Part shown: in pieces, positions 1 to 9,685 of the stretch
How the letters are laid out: every line of letters starts with the position of its first letter
Position numbering within the stretch: position 1 is the stretch's first letter
Source: an uncultured beta proteobacterium
GTDB taxonomy: Bacteria; Pseudomonadota; Gammaproteobacteria; Burkholderiales; SG8-39
NCBI GenBank assembly: GCA_963747775.1
Contig: CAVVGT010000005.1
Location: forward strand, 3,148 to 67,147
Direction: 5' to 3'
DNA: 64,000 bases
Translations under genes and position numbers: made by a program
The notes under the pieces: model-generated
Databases searched by the model: none
Seen by the model: only the letters and a program-made list of their open reading frames with translations
Told to the model about the DNA's origin: nothing

Positions 1-205
1 TCCAGACGTAGAACGTGGCCTCTGAGATGCCCATCTGCCGGCACACATCGGCCACCGGCGATCCGGCTTCTGCTTGCCGCAATGCGAAGGTGATCTGTTC
101 CTCGGTGAACCTCGACCGCTTCATCGCTTCTCCTTCCCCTTGCAAGGAGCCTCAAAGCGACCTTACTCTAGATCCAATCTGTGCCGAGGAACCGGGGTGA
201 CGTCA
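1..205 (-). mobile_element. IS3-family insertion sequence, one end only: putative terminal repeat (TGACGTCACC.. at ~205) plus first 41 codons of orfA (HTH transposase), cut by the window edge
   Basis: Minus-strand ATG at ~124 gives MKRSRFTEEQITFALRQAEAGSPVADVCRQMGISEATFYVW, a typical IS3/IS911-type OrfA N-terminus. The ~80-nt leader is as in IS3 members. Absent from the ORF track because partial. Confidence 0.6.
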
Positions 206-215
206 TGCCCATGAA

Positions 216-244
216 ACACCTCCTTCAGCGTTAGGTGGAGGTGT
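216..244 (-). terminator. 8-bp stem hairpin (ACACCTCC / GGAGGTGT, 13-nt loop) downstream of the VOC gene, just outside the IS end
   Basis: Perfect inverted repeat read in the sequence. No T-tract, so terminator function is uncertain; it could also be a cassette-boundary structure. Confidence 0.25.
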
Positions 245-312
245 CCACATTATCGGGTGAGGTGCTCGGTCGGGTCGATCGTGCGGTTAGGCGTCCGGTT
301 GCCGACCATGAT

Positions 313-714
313 TCAAGGCACTGCAACATTGCTCCACTCGTCATTCTGCAAGACGATGCGGTAACCGTCTTGGTCTTCATATGTGTGGCCGCAGGCTTCC
401 CAGAACGGATTGAATGAGGTGACCTGTTTGAATCCGGCGGCCAGCATGTTGTGGCAGGCGCTTTGCCACTCGGAGAGCGTGGGCAGGTAGAAGACGGCCA
501 GGTCTTCGGCCGTGGGCGTAGGAGCGACCGGATGAGTTCGGCAGTAGGTGAACTCGAAGTGGTAGCCCGCACCAGCAACCCCGAGCATGACGCCGTCGAA
601 CCCTTCATGGTTTTCGAAGCTGCCGACAACGCGAAGACCAAGGCCCTGACAGTACATGGTCCGTGTGCGTGCCAGGTTGGAGACAGGGCGGGCTATTCGC
701 AGATGAGGCGGCAT
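313..714 (-). CDS. VOC (glyoxalase/bleomycin-resistance fold) family protein
   Basis: 133-aa ORF with a paired beta-alpha-beta-beta-beta style sequence (..LGLRVVGSFENHEGFDGVMLG.., ..HTYEDQDGYRIVL..). GC is lower than the rest of the window. Confidence 0.7.
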   Translation of the reverse strand: MPPHLRIARPVSNLARTRTMYCQGLGLRVVGSFENHEGFDGVMLGVAGAGYHFEFTYCRTHPVAPTPTAEDLAVFYLPTLSEWQSACHNMLAAGFKQVTSFNPFWEACGHTYEDQDGYRIVLQNDEWSNVAVP

Positions 715-782
715 GGGGTTTGGGTGGAAGGCGTCTGCTCGCTGGAAGGGTTACTCCCCATTCGCGACGTCGAGCGCTGGTT

Positions 783-1265
783 TCACAAGTAGGGTCTGCC
801 ATCTTTGTGGACATACGCCCACTTGTTCGCCACCAACAAGGCCTTGAGATCGTCGTCTGGATAACTCCCTTCGTCTCCCGGTGTTCTATCGCCGATTTCG
901 AGGTATACGACTTCCTCTGCAGTGTCATTGATCAGGTGGTGCCCGTTCCCGGTGCCCGCCTTAAAGCCCGCGCACATACCCGGAGAGAGTCGAGTGTGGC
1001 CTTCGTCGGTATGTAGCGTTGGGTGCCCCTTCAAGATGTAGACGAACTCGTCTTGCCTGGTGTGAGCATGACGAAGGGACGAAACTGCGCCGGGGGCTAA
1101 GGATGTGAGATTGACTCCAAAGTTGGTGAGGCCAAACACGTCACCAAGCGGGCGCTTCTCCCTGCCCATCATGCGCGATGCGAACGGCTCGGGATAGCTT
1201 GAGGGTCTGGTCCGTGCGGGTGCCTCGGCGGCCGTGATGGCGACTGGATTGGTGCTTTCCGGCAT
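783..1265 (-). CDS. cupin domain protein
   Basis: 160-aa ORF with the cupin motif region LRHAHTRQDEFVYILKG ... GNGHHLIN. Confidence 0.7.
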   Translation of the reverse strand: MPESTNPVAITAAEAPARTRPSSYPEPFASRMMGREKRPLGDVFGLTNFGVNLTSLAPGAVSSLRHAHTRQDEFVYILKGHPTLHTDEGHTRLSPGMCAGFKAGTGNGHHLINDTAEEVVYLEIGDRTPGDEGSYPDDDLKALLVANKWAYVHKDGRPYL

Positions 1266-1433
1266 GACAACCTCGTGAGGAGGAATGATGAGGTCTAACT
1301 AGAATTGGACACCCTAAAATACTGGACATAAAACCAGGCACCAGGTGCATACGCCCGGCAGCGCTCCGGAAGTCGTTGATCCATCAACGATCCAGTGATC
1401 GGGGGCGCCCTAAGCATGGATGGCAAAGACACC

Positions 1434-1610
1434 TTTGCAGCTTGGCCCAGAAGGCTCGCGCGGTTGCGCGAGCCGCGCATCGGCTCCCGTACCGAGGCTC
1501 AGTGGATTCAAGGGATTAAACGCTTCATCCACTTTCGTGACAAGCGGCACCCGCCACGGAGGGGTACCTCGAAAGTGGAATCGTCCTTCACGCACCTTGC
1601 GGCGCGCGGG
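1434..1610 (+). pseudogene. integron-integrase-type tyrosine recombinase, N-terminal remnant (~60 codons)
   Basis: ORF 1395..1670 contains SRTEAQWIQGIKRFIHFRDKRHPPRRGTSKVESSFTHLAA. This aligns by eye with the IntI N-terminal SAM-like domain ([39 protein letters not shown]). Homology ends where the livG-like gene 3' end begins. Confidence 0.55.
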
Positions 1611-1612
1611 AT

Positions 1613-2380
1613 CTACGCCGCCGCCTGCCCCAGATACGCCGCAATCACGCGCGGATCGTTGAGCACCTGATCCGGCGTCCCCTGCGCGAGCGGCTTGCCG
1701 TAGTCGAGCACGAAGATCCGGTCGGCGAGATCCGCGACCATCTGCATGTCGTGCTCGATCCAGATCATCGGGATGCCGAGCTCGTGCTTGATGCGCAGGA
1801 CGAACCGCGCCAGGTCCTCGCGCTCGTCGCGGTTGAGGCCCGCCGACGGCTCGTCGAGCAGGAGCAGCTTCGGCTCGAGCGCGAGCGCGCGGGCGAAGCC
1901 GACGAGCTTTTGCATGCCGAAGGGCAGGCTCGAGACGGTCGTATGGCGGTGCCGCCCGAGCTCGACGAAATCGAGGATCTCCTCGACCACGCGGCGGTGC
2001 GCGACTTCCTGCTCGCGAACGCGCTGGCTGAAGAGCGCTTCGCCGACGAGGCTGGTGCGGAAGCGCGTGTGCCGGCCCACGAGCAGGTTCTCGACGACGG
2101 TCAGGTGCGGGAACAGCTCGCCGTGCTGGAATGTGCGTGCGACGCCGAGCCGCGCGATGTCGTGCGGCTTCATGCCGACGACGTCGTGTCCCTCAAAGCG
2201 GATGCGCCCCGCGGCCGGACGGTAGAGGCCGCTGATGCAGTTGAACACGCTCGTCTTGCCGGCGCCGTTCGGCCCGATCAGCGCGAAGAGCTCGCCGCGC
2301 TCGACGGCGAGCGACACGTCGTCGAGGACGACGAGGCCGCCGAAGCGGAGCGTGACGCTCTCGACCGCGAGCTCAGCCAT
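1613..2380 (-). CDS. branched-chain amino acid-type ABC transporter ATP-binding protein (LivG-like)
   Basis: Walker A GPNGAGKTS, ARTFQ motif and Walker B LLLLDEPSAG. 8-nt overlap with the upstream ATPase gene. Confidence 0.9.
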   Translation of the reverse strand: MAELAVESVTLRFGGLVVLDDVSLAVERGELFALIGPNGAGKTSVFNCISGLYRPAAGRIRFEGHDVVGMKPHDIARLGVARTFQHGELFPHLTVVENLLVGRHTRFRTSLVGEALFSQRVREQEVAHRRVVEEILDFVELGRHRHTTVSSLPFGMQKLVGFARALALEPKLLLLDEPSAGLNRDEREDLARFVLRIKHELGIPMIWIEHDMQMVADLADRIFVLDYGKPLAQGTPDQVLNDPRVIAAYLGQAAA

Positions 2381-3191
2381 ACCACCGCCGGCTGCGCCGG
2401 TACTGCTTCACCTGCCGGTAGCTGCGCCGCTCGCCCGCCCGCATTTCGCCGGAGATCCCCAGGTAGAACTCGCGGATGTCCTGGTGGTCCCCGAGCCGCG
2501 CCGCGTCGCCGTCGAGGACGACGCGCCCGTTCTCCATGATGTAGCCCCAGTCGGCGATGCCGAGTGCGACCGGCGCGTTCTGCTCGACGAGCAGGATCGT
2601 GATCCCGAGGCGGTCGCGGATTTCCCGCAGCCGCCGCGCGAGGTCCTGCACCGCGAGCGGCGCGAGCCCGAGCGACAGCTCGTCCACGAGCAGCAGCTCC
2701 GGCCCGCACGCGATAGCCGCGCCGATCGCGAGCATCTGGCGCTCACCGCCGGAGAGATACCCCGCTTCGCGGTCGCGCAGCTCGGCGAGCTTCGGGAAGA
2801 ACTCGTAGGCGAGCTCGACCAGCCGCCGCGGCACCGCGCCCGGCGCGACCCGCGGGACGTTCGCGATCAGGTTTTCCGCGACCGAGAGGTTCGGGAAGAC
2901 CTTGTCGCGCTCGGGCACGAGGACGATCCCGCGCGTCGTGATCTCGTGCGGCGGCCGGTTCTCGATGCGCTCGCCGCGATGGAACACGGTGCCCGCCGTG
3001 ACGCGCGCGTCGTCCAGCCCGAGGAAGCCGGAGATGGCGCGCAGCGTGGTGGTCTTGCCGGCGCCGTTGGTGCCGAGCAGCGCGACGATCTGGCCGCGTT
3101 CGACGTGCAGCGTGACGCCTTGCACCGCGGTGATCACGCGGTGATACGTCACCTCGACCTGCTCGAGCTTCAGCAGCGGCGCGCCGTCCAT
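2373..3191 (-). CDS. branched-chain amino acid-type ABC transporter ATP-binding protein (LivF-like, with basic C-terminal tail)
   Basis: Walker A GTNGAGKTT, signature LSGGERQ, Walker B LLLVDELS. Confidence 0.9.
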   Translation of the reverse strand: MDGAPLLKLEQVEVTYHRVITAVQGVTLHVERGQIVALLGTNGAGKTTTLRAISGFLGLDDARVTAGTVFHRGERIENRPPHEITTRGIVLVPERDKVFPNLSVAENLIANVPRVAPGAVPRRLVELAYEFFPKLAELRDREAGYLSGGERQMLAIGAAIACGPELLLVDELSLGLAPLAVQDLARRLREIRDRLGITILLVEQNAPVALGIADWGYIMENGRVVLDGDAARLGDHQDIREFYLGISGEMRAGERRSYRQVKQYRRSRRWYG

Positions 3192-4259
3192 TTACTTCGT
3201 TCCCGAGAGCGGCCTCTGGCGGAACGGCCAGAGGAGGAACCAGTCGCGCACGCGCCGCCAGATGCCGACCAGCCCTTCGGGCTCGAAGAGCAGGAACAGC
3301 ACCATCACCAGTCCGAAGGCCGCGTAGTTCACCGCGAAGACGAGGTTCGCATAGCGCTCCGGCGTAGGCAGCGACGCGATCAGGGCTTCGATCGCATAGG
3401 GAAACAGCGTGACGAACGCCGCGCCGAGCAACGCGCCGAGGATCGAGCCCATGCCCCCGATGATCACCATGGCGACGTACTGGATCGACAGGAACAGCGA
3501 GAACGCCTCCACCGAGACGAAGCCGCGGTAGTACGCGAACAGCGCGCCCGCGACCGCGGTGAGCGCCGAGCTGACCACGAAGGCGGCGAGCTTGTACGCC
3601 GGAACGTTGATGCCCAGGGCCTCTGCGACCGTCTCGTGATCGCGGATCGCGCGCCATGCCCGCCCGCTGCGCGCGCGCAGGAGATTCAGGCAGAGGACGA
3701 CCGTTGCCGCGGCAGCGGCGCAGAGCACGAGGTACCAGACGCGCGGGTCGTCGACCGCGAATGCCCCGATGGCGGGCGGGTCCACCACGATCCCGGTCGA
3801 GAACCCCCGCCGGGTCTCGTACTCGCCGCCGACGTACGCCACCACGAAATAGAGCGCGAGCGTGCTCACCGCCAGATAGAGGCTGCGGAGCCGCAGGGAC
3901 GGGAGACCGAATACGACGCCGAGCAGCGCGCCGACGGCCGCGGCGGCGGGGACCGTGACCCAGAACGGCGCGTTCACTTCCTTGACCAGGATGCCGACCG
4001 TGAATGCGCCGGCGGCGAGCAGGCCCGCATGGCCGAGCGAGACCTGGCCGGCATAGCCGGTCAGCAGCATGAGCGCCACCGCGCCGATCGACGCGAGGAA
4101 GAACTGGTTCGCCAGATCGAGCAGGAACGCCGACGCGACGAACGGAAACGCCGCGAGCAGCGCGACGAACACGGCGAGGCTCGCGACCTGGGTGCGCGTG
4201 TCGACGAGGCGAATGTCGCGCGCGTAGGTCGTCCGGAAGTAACCGCTGGCGAAGGGCAT
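3192..4259 (-). CDS. Liv-type ABC transporter permease (LivM-like)
   Basis: 355-aa polytopic membrane ORF, directly abutting the ATPase gene. Confidence 0.85.
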   Translation of the reverse strand: MPFASGYFRTTYARDIRLVDTRTQVASLAVFVALLAAFPFVASAFLLDLANQFFLASIGAVALMLLTGYAGQVSLGHAGLLAAGAFTVGILVKEVNAPFWVTVPAAAAVGALLGVVFGLPSLRLRSLYLAVSTLALYFVVAYVGGEYETRRGFSTGIVVDPPAIGAFAVDDPRVWYLVLCAAAAATVVLCLNLLRARSGRAWRAIRDHETVAEALGINVPAYKLAAFVVSSALTAVAGALFAYYRGFVSVEAFSLFLSIQYVAMVIIGGMGSILGALLGAAFVTLFPYAIEALIASLPTPERYANLVFAVNYAAFGLVMVLFLLFEPEGLVGIWRRVRDWFLLWPFRQRPLSGTK

Positions 4260-4394
4260 CTATAGAGGCTCTAACAAGGTCTTGCGGCTGACGTCATCGC
4301 CCGTTCGCGCCGGCGCCAGGCGTTGTCGCCTGTCGTCCGCGCTCGTCCAGCTGCGCTGCCTCGCGATACCCCGTGACCCATTCGCAGGCCTTCC

Positions 4395-5267
4395 CTAGAC
4401 GCGGTCGAGCTCTTCGCGCGTGCCGAACAGCCCCCACGGCCGCACCATCAGCATGGCGATCAGGACGAGGAACGGCACGACGTCCGCGAGCAGCGGGTTC
4501 ACGTAATGGATCAGCAGCACCTCCGCCGCCGCGACGATGAGCGCGCCGGCGATGGCGCCGACGAGGCTGTCGAGGCCGCCAACGAGTGCCGCCGGGAAGG
4601 CTTTCAGGCCGATCACGACCATCGTCTGCTCGAGCCCCGAGTCGAGCGCGATGAGCATGCCGGCGAGGCCGCCGGTGAAGGTGGAGAGTCCCCACGCGAG
4701 CGCGTAGACGCCATGCAGCCGGATGCCGCGCTGTGCGGCCAGCAGCGGATTCTGTCCGGCGGCGCGCATGCGGATCCCCCAGCGCGTGTAGCGCAGGAAG
4801 GCGAAGAGGCCCGCGTACACCGCCGCCGTCGTCACTACGAGCACGGCCGCCGCGGTGGAGATCCGCCCGCCGCCGGGCAGCTCGAGCGCCGGGTTGGGCC
4901 AGCCGAGCGCCTGGCCGGGATACTGCTGCTGTGCCGACCAGATCAGCACGACGATCCCGCGCAGCAGGATCCCGAGCGCGACGGTGGCGAGCACCGCGGC
5001 GAGCACCCGCTCGCCGGTCATCTTGCGCATCAGGACCCCGTAGACCGCGACGCCGACCACGAGGCCGAGGAGGGCGGACGCGACGAACGCGGTCAGCGGA
5101 TGTCCGGAGAACAGGGACGCCGTGGTCAGCAGCAGGTACGCCGCGACCATCATCAGCTCGCCGTGCGCGAGGTTGAGCACGCGGCTCGTGCGGTAGATGA
5201 GCACGTAACCGCAGCCGATCAGCGCATAGATCGACGCGAGGACGAGAATATTGACGAATAGCTGCAA
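4395..5267 (-). CDS. Liv-type ABC transporter permease (LivH-like)
   Basis: 290-aa polytopic membrane ORF (MQLFVNILVLASIYALIGCGYVLIY.. is a typical LivH start). Confidence 0.85.
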   Translation of the reverse strand: MQLFVNILVLASIYALIGCGYVLIYRTSRVLNLAHGELMMVAAYLLLTTASLFSGHPLTAFVASALLGLVVGVAVYGVLMRKMTGERVLAAVLATVALGILLRGIVVLIWSAQQQYPGQALGWPNPALELPGGGRISTAAAVLVVTTAAVYAGLFAFLRYTRWGIRMRAAGQNPLLAAQRGIRLHGVYALAWGLSTFTGGLAGMLIALDSGLEQTMVVIGLKAFPAALVGGLDSLVGAIAGALIVAAAEVLLIHYVNPLLADVVPFLVLIAMLMVRPWGLFGTREELDRV

Positions 5268-5355
5268 CGAGACTCCGCCTATGGACTCCCCGCGGTTGTG
5301 CGACGAAGATGCCGCGCAACCTCGTCCATGAATGCGCTGCCTGCGCTCGCGCGGG

Positions 5356-6519
5356 TTACTTCACGTCGATCGCGGTCCAGTCCTTCACCTGGACGATCGC
5401 GTTCTTCGACGGGTCCCACCGGTACACGCGGTAGGACTGCTTGGTGCGGAAGTGGTTGTCCTTCGTCCATTCGATCGGTCCGCCGCGCAGGCCCTTCGTG
5501 TCGACCTTGAGGCTGTTCATCGACGCGAGCACCTTCTGCGGGGTCGGCGGCCAGGACGTGCCCTTGAGCGCCGACTCGAGCACCAGGCCGGCGATGAAGC
5601 CCTCGGTGAGCTGGGTGATCGGGTAGTTGAGCTTGGCGCGATGGGTCGCCGCGCGGATCTCCGCGTGCACCGGCAGGTTGTCCTGGAAGAAGGCGTTGGT
5701 GCCGAAGACGTACAGGTCGCCGTCCTTCAGCCGCTCGAGCTCGTCCTCGGACTGGATGTGCGCGTAGGCGATGTAGTTGCCCTTCCACCCCAGGCGGCGC
5801 AGCGCTTCCAGCGTCCGCACCTGGGTCACCCAGGGCGCCCACGAGTAGACCCAGTTCGGGTTCGCGTCCTTGAGCTTGGTGGCGAACGGCGTGTAGTCGG
5901 GCGTCGGCGGCGGGATGACCTGCTTGTCGACCGGCGTCATGCCCATCTGCTTGGTCAAGCCCTCCGCGTAGTCGATCTCGCCGCGCGAGATCGGGATCGC
6001 CATCGCGGAGTAGCCGACGCGCGGCGCCTCCTTCGATGTGGACTTCACGAAGCCCATCGCGAACTGGCTGTCGTACTGCGCGCCGAACGCGGTCGAGCAG
6101 AACTGCAGCGGATCGGCCGGCGGATACGTTTCCTTCGGGCACACCGCGCCCGCGTAGAAGAGCGGCACCCCGGCGCGCTTCGACTCGGCGATCATCGGCG
6201 CGTACGTCGACGAGAGGCTCGAGTTGATCAGGATGAGCACCTTGTCCTGGGCGATCAGCTTCTTCGCGTCTGCCGCGGCCTTCGACGGCTCGCCCTGGTT
6301 GTCGGCGATGAGGAGCCGGATCGGCTTGCCGTTCACGCCGCCCTTGCTGTTGACGTGATCGACGTAGGCGCGCATCGCCTCGATCACCGGCGCGTAGGTC
6401 GCCGCGGCCGGGCCCGTGAGCGCGCCGGACAGGCCGACGACGTAGGCGTCCTGCGCGGCGGCGGGTTGGGCGGCCGCGAGGGTCGCAGCGAGCGCGGTCG
6501 TCAGGGCAAGTCCTTTCAT
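5356..6519 (-). CDS. ABC transporter periplasmic substrate-binding protein (LivK/type-I PBP family)
   Basis: Signal peptide MKGLALTTALAATLAAAQPAAAQD. 387 aa, in operon position with the permeases. Confidence 0.85.
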   Translation of the reverse strand: MKGLALTTALAATLAAAQPAAAQDAYVVGLSGALTGPAAATYAPVIEAMRAYVDHVNSKGGVNGKPIRLLIADNQGEPSKAAADAKKLIAQDKVLILINSSLSSTYAPMIAESKRAGVPLFYAGAVCPKETYPPADPLQFCSTAFGAQYDSQFAMGFVKSTSKEAPRVGYSAMAIPISRGEIDYAEGLTKQMGMTPVDKQVIPPPTPDYTPFATKLKDANPNWVYSWAPWVTQVRTLEALRRLGWKGNYIAYAHIQSEDELERLKDGDLYVFGTNAFFQDNLPVHAEIRAATHRAKLNYPITQLTEGFIAGLVLESALKGTSWPPTPQKVLASMNSLKVDTKGLRGGPIEWTKDNHFRTKQSYRVYRWDPSKNAIVQVKDWTAIDVK

Positions 6520-6542
6520 GGTCCTCCTCCTTATTGGTGGCT

Positions 6543-8432
6543 CTAGTTCTGCAGCAGCTCGCCGACGCTCGCGGCGACCAGCCGTTCGTCCGCGTCATCG
6601 TACATGGACTCGACGAGCGTCCTGAACCGCTCGTACATCAGCGTGCGCTTCACCTTGCGCGTCGGTGTCACCGGCTCGCCTTCCTCCTCCGGATCGAGCG
6701 CCTTGGGCAGGATGCGAAAGCGCTTCACCTGCTCGACGCGCGCGAGCTCGGCGTTCGCGCGGTCGATCTCCCCCTGGAGCAGGCGCTCGACCGCCGGGTG
6801 CTGCGCGAGACTGGTGAAGCCGGTGTACGCGGCGCCGTGGGCGCGCGCCCAGTCGGACACGGTGTCGTAGTCGATCTCGATCAGCGCGGCGACGTACTTC
6901 CGGTTGTGGCCGAACACGACGACCTCGGCAACGTAGGGGCTCGCGCGCAGGGCGTTCTCGATGTAGGACGGCGACAGCGTCTTGCCGCCGGAGGTCACGA
7001 TGAAGTCGCGCGCGCGGTCGACGATCTTCAGGCGGCCGTCCGTCCACGCGCCGACGTCCCCCGTATGCAGCCACCCCTCCGCGTCGAGCACCGCATCGGT
7101 CGCTTCGCGATTGTTCCAGTAGCCCTCGAAGAGGTCGGGGCTCCGGACCAGGATCTCGTCTTCCGCGCCGAGCGTCACGTCCCAGCCCTCGGGCGCCGTG
7201 CCCACGTCGCCCGGGCGCGGAAACGGCCCGCGCTGGCCGGTGATGATGCCGCCCGCGGTCTCGGTCTGGCCGTAGATCTCGCACACGTTCACGCCCCAGA
7301 TGTGCCAGAGCGCCATCGTCTCGCGCGGCACCGCCGCGCCGCCGGCCAGCACGAGCTCGAGGCGATCGAGGCCGAGTTTGTTGAGGATCGGTGCGAACAC
7401 CGTCGCGCGCGCGAGGCGGTAGGCGAGGACGGAGGCCGTGCCCGCGGTGCCCTCCCAGCGCCGCTTGACATGCGCGCGCCCGATTCGCGCGGCGAGGTCG
7501 TACGCCGCACGCTTGATCGTCGCGGTACCCGAGATGCCCACGAGGACCTGGGAGGCGAACTTCTGCAGGTAGCGGGGCACGGCGAAGAGCACGCTCGGCG
7601 CCACCTCGAAGAAGGTCTGCGGCAGGTCCTCGAGGTCCTCGCCGAAGTGCGGCACGAGCTGCGATACGAGCGGCAGCGTGATCGCCACGTCGCGCCCGAG
7701 GATATGGCACAGCGGCAGGTAGATGACCGTGCGGTGGGTCTTCTCCGCGAGCGCCGGGTAGTGCGTCACGATGTTGAACGCGCCGGCGAGATGCCGGCCG
7801 TGCGAGACCAGCGCGCCTTTCGGGTGGCCGGTGGTGCCCGAGGTGTAGACGATGAACGCCGGCGCCTCCGCCGGCACGCGCGCCGCGAGCCGCTCGAGCG
7901 CTGCCGCCGGATCGGCCGCGGGTGTGGCGCCCTCGAGCAACTCGGCGTAGCTCTTCAGCTGCGGATGGTCGTAGGCGAACATCGCGGCGTCGTCGATCAC
8001 CACGATCCAGCGGACCGCAGGCAGGCGGTCGAGGAGCGGCAGCAGCCGGTCGACGTACTCCTGGTCCTCGGCGACGAAGATCGAGGCACCGCCGTCGCGC
8101 ATCTGGTACTCGACTTCGGCGGACGATGCGGTCGGGTAGATGCCGTAGGTCACCGCCCCGAGCGATTGCGCCGCGAGGTCGCAAGTCATCCACGCCTCGC
8201 ACGCGTCGCCCATGATCGCGACCCGATCGCCCGCTGTCACGCCGAGCCCGGCGAACCCGCGGGCGGCGCGCTCCACGAGGCTCGCATAGTCGCGCCAGGT
8301 GCGCTCGCGGTAGATCCCGAGGTGCTTCGAGCGGAACGCGACGGCGTCGGGGCTCGCCTGCGCGCGCTCGGCGAGGACGAGCGGCGCGCTCTTGCGGCGG
8401 AGAGAATTCGCGTCGAACGGGACCGGGCGCAT
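6543..8432 (-). CDS. AMP-dependent acyl-CoA synthetase/ligase (long-chain fatty acid-CoA ligase-like)
   Basis: AMP-binding motif IVYTSGTTGHPKGA and a later TGDVG.. motif. 629 aa. Confidence 0.9.
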   Translation of the reverse strand: MRPVPFDANSLRRKSAPLVLAERAQASPDAVAFRSKHLGIYRERTWRDYASLVERAARGFAGLGVTAGDRVAIMGDACEAWMTCDLAAQSLGAVTYGIYPTASSAEVEYQMRDGGASIFVAEDQEYVDRLLPLLDRLPAVRWIVVIDDAAMFAYDHPQLKSYAELLEGATPAADPAAALERLAARVPAEAPAFIVYTSGTTGHPKGALVSHGRHLAGAFNIVTHYPALAEKTHRTVIYLPLCHILGRDVAITLPLVSQLVPHFGEDLEDLPQTFFEVAPSVLFAVPRYLQKFASQVLVGISGTATIKRAAYDLAARIGRAHVKRRWEGTAGTASVLAYRLARATVFAPILNKLGLDRLELVLAGGAAVPRETMALWHIWGVNVCEIYGQTETAGGIITGQRGPFPRPGDVGTAPEGWDVTLGAEDEILVRSPDLFEGYWNNREATDAVLDAEGWLHTGDVGAWTDGRLKIVDRARDFIVTSGGKTLSPSYIENALRASPYVAEVVVFGHNRKYVAALIEIDYDTVSDWARAHGAAYTGFTSLAQHPAVERLLQGEIDRANAELARVEQVKRFRILPKALDPEEEGEPVTPTRKVKRTLMYERFRTLVESMYDDADERLVAASVGELLQN

Positions 8433-8515
8433 GGAGCGCGGCGAGTCTATCAGGGCGCACCGCGGGCCGGCGACGGCCGCGCTACCATCGCGCCTTCCCG
8501 CAAGCGAGGATCGCG

Positions 8516-9628
8516 ATGCGCATCTCCCCGAACGGCCGCCCGCCCTTCCGCGCCGACCACGTCGGCAGCCTGCTCCGGCCCGCGCCGCTGCGGCACGCCT
8601 TCAAGCGCCACGCCGAGAAGGCGATCTCCGACGCCGAGCTCGGACGGATCCAGGACGAGGCAATTCGCGACGTCGTCAAGCTGCAGGAGGCCTGCGGCCT
8701 CCAGGTCGTGACCGACGGCGAGTTCCGGCGCATCTCGTACTGGGCGCGGTTCGTGAGCCTGACCGACGGCCTGACCGTGAAGGAGGCGGCGTTCCGGTTC
8801 CGCGACGAGCACGGCCACGAGTCGGACTTCACCGCGCCGCACGTCGTCGGCAAGGTGAAGCGGAGCGGCGACATCGCGGTGGACGAGTTCCGGTTCGTCC
8901 AGGGGATCACGCAGGCGACCCCGAAGATCACGATGCCCGCGCCGTCGACGATGCACTTCTGGCGCGGCACGAATTACGCGGACCCGGGGATCTACGCCGA
9001 TCCGCGGCAGTTCATCGTCGACCTCGGCAAGGTCTACCAGGAGGAGATCGCGGCGCTGTCGGCGGCCGGGGCGCAGTACGTCCAGCTCGACGAGGTCGCG
9101 ATCGCGATGCTGTGCGACCCTGCGGCGCGCGAGCGGGTAAAGGCCGGCGGCAACGATCCGGAAGCGCTCGTCGACCTGTACGTCGACGCGATCAACGCGG
9201 CGGTGAAGAACCTGCCCGCCGGCATGGTGGTCGGCGTGCACATGTGCCGCGGCAACTACAAGGGCAAGTACCTCTCCGAGGGCGGCTACGATTCGATCGC
9301 GGAGAAGCTCTTCGGCCGCGCGAACGTCAACCACTTCCTGCTCGAGTACGACACGCCGCGCGCGGGCGATTTCGCGCCGCTGCGGTTCATGCCCAGGAAC
9401 AAGGGCGTGGTGCTCGGGATGGTGAGCTCGAAGGTCGCGACGCTCGAGCCGCTCGCGGCGCTGGAGCGGCGGGTGGAGGAGGCGGCCCTGCACGTCGACG
9501 GGGACCGTCTCGCGATCAGCCCGCAGTGCGGCTTTGCCAGCACCATCGGCGGCAATCCGGTCACCGAGGCCGACGAGGTTGCGAAGCTGAAGCGCTGCGT
9601 CGAGGCGGCGAGAGCGATCTGGGGCTGA
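8516..9628 (+). CDS. cobalamin-independent methionine synthase (MetE C-terminal domain-only) family protein
   Basis: 370-aa ORF with the typical start ..RADHVGSLLRP.. and CRGN.. / ISPQCGF metal-ligand regions. Confidence 0.75.
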   Translation: MRISPNGRPPFRADHVGSLLRPAPLRHAFKRHAEKAISDAELGRIQDEAIRDVVKLQEACGLQVVTDGEFRRISYWARFVSLTDGLTVKEAAFRFRDEHGHESDFTAPHVVGKVKRSGDIAVDEFRFVQGITQATPKITMPAPSTMHFWRGTNYADPGIYADPRQFIVDLGKVYQEEIAALSAAGAQYVQLDEVAIAMLCDPAARERVKAGGNDPEALVDLYVDAINAAVKNLPAGMVVGVHMCRGNYKGKYLSEGGYDSIAEKLFGRANVNHFLLEYDTPRAGDFAPLRFMPRNKGVVLGMVSSKVATLEPLAALERRVEEAALHVDGDRLAISPQCGFASTIGGNPVTEADEVAKLKRCVEAARAIWG

Positions 9629-9635
9629 CGTTCTT

Positions 9636-9653
9636 CCCTCCTGGTCAGGAGGG
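9636..9653. terminator. short GC hairpin between convergent genes (CCCTCCTG..CAGGAGGG)
   Basis: Inverted repeat read in the 57-nt gap between convergent stop codons at 9628 and 9686. No clear T-tract. Confidence 0.25.
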
Positions 9654-9685
9654 GTGGCGCGCAGCGCCGGGGTGGTTGCCGCGGC

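Noticed and set aside
200-312. attC recombination sites 3' of the VOC and cupin genes (GTTAGGT at ~229, GTTAGGC at ~288; also the 715-782 spacer).
   Set aside because: The motifs are in direct rather than inverted orientation. I could not pair R''/L'' with L'/R' boxes by eye, so this is kept only as a hypothesis inside the integron-remnant finding.
2235-4265. Long ORFs antisense to, or out of frame with, well-supported genes. Examples: 2235..4265 (676 aa), 6534..8711 (725 aa), 9773..15184 (1803 aa, except its last 165 codons), 17129..21763 (1544 aa), 32600..36133 (1177 aa), 36155..37687, 43664..45265, 45492..47288 and 47144..49012.
   Set aside because: The translations are Arg/Ala/Gly/Pro-rich low complexity with no recognisable motifs. 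They overlap genes with clear family signatures on the other strand or frame. These are typical shadow ORFs of a ~70% GC genome.
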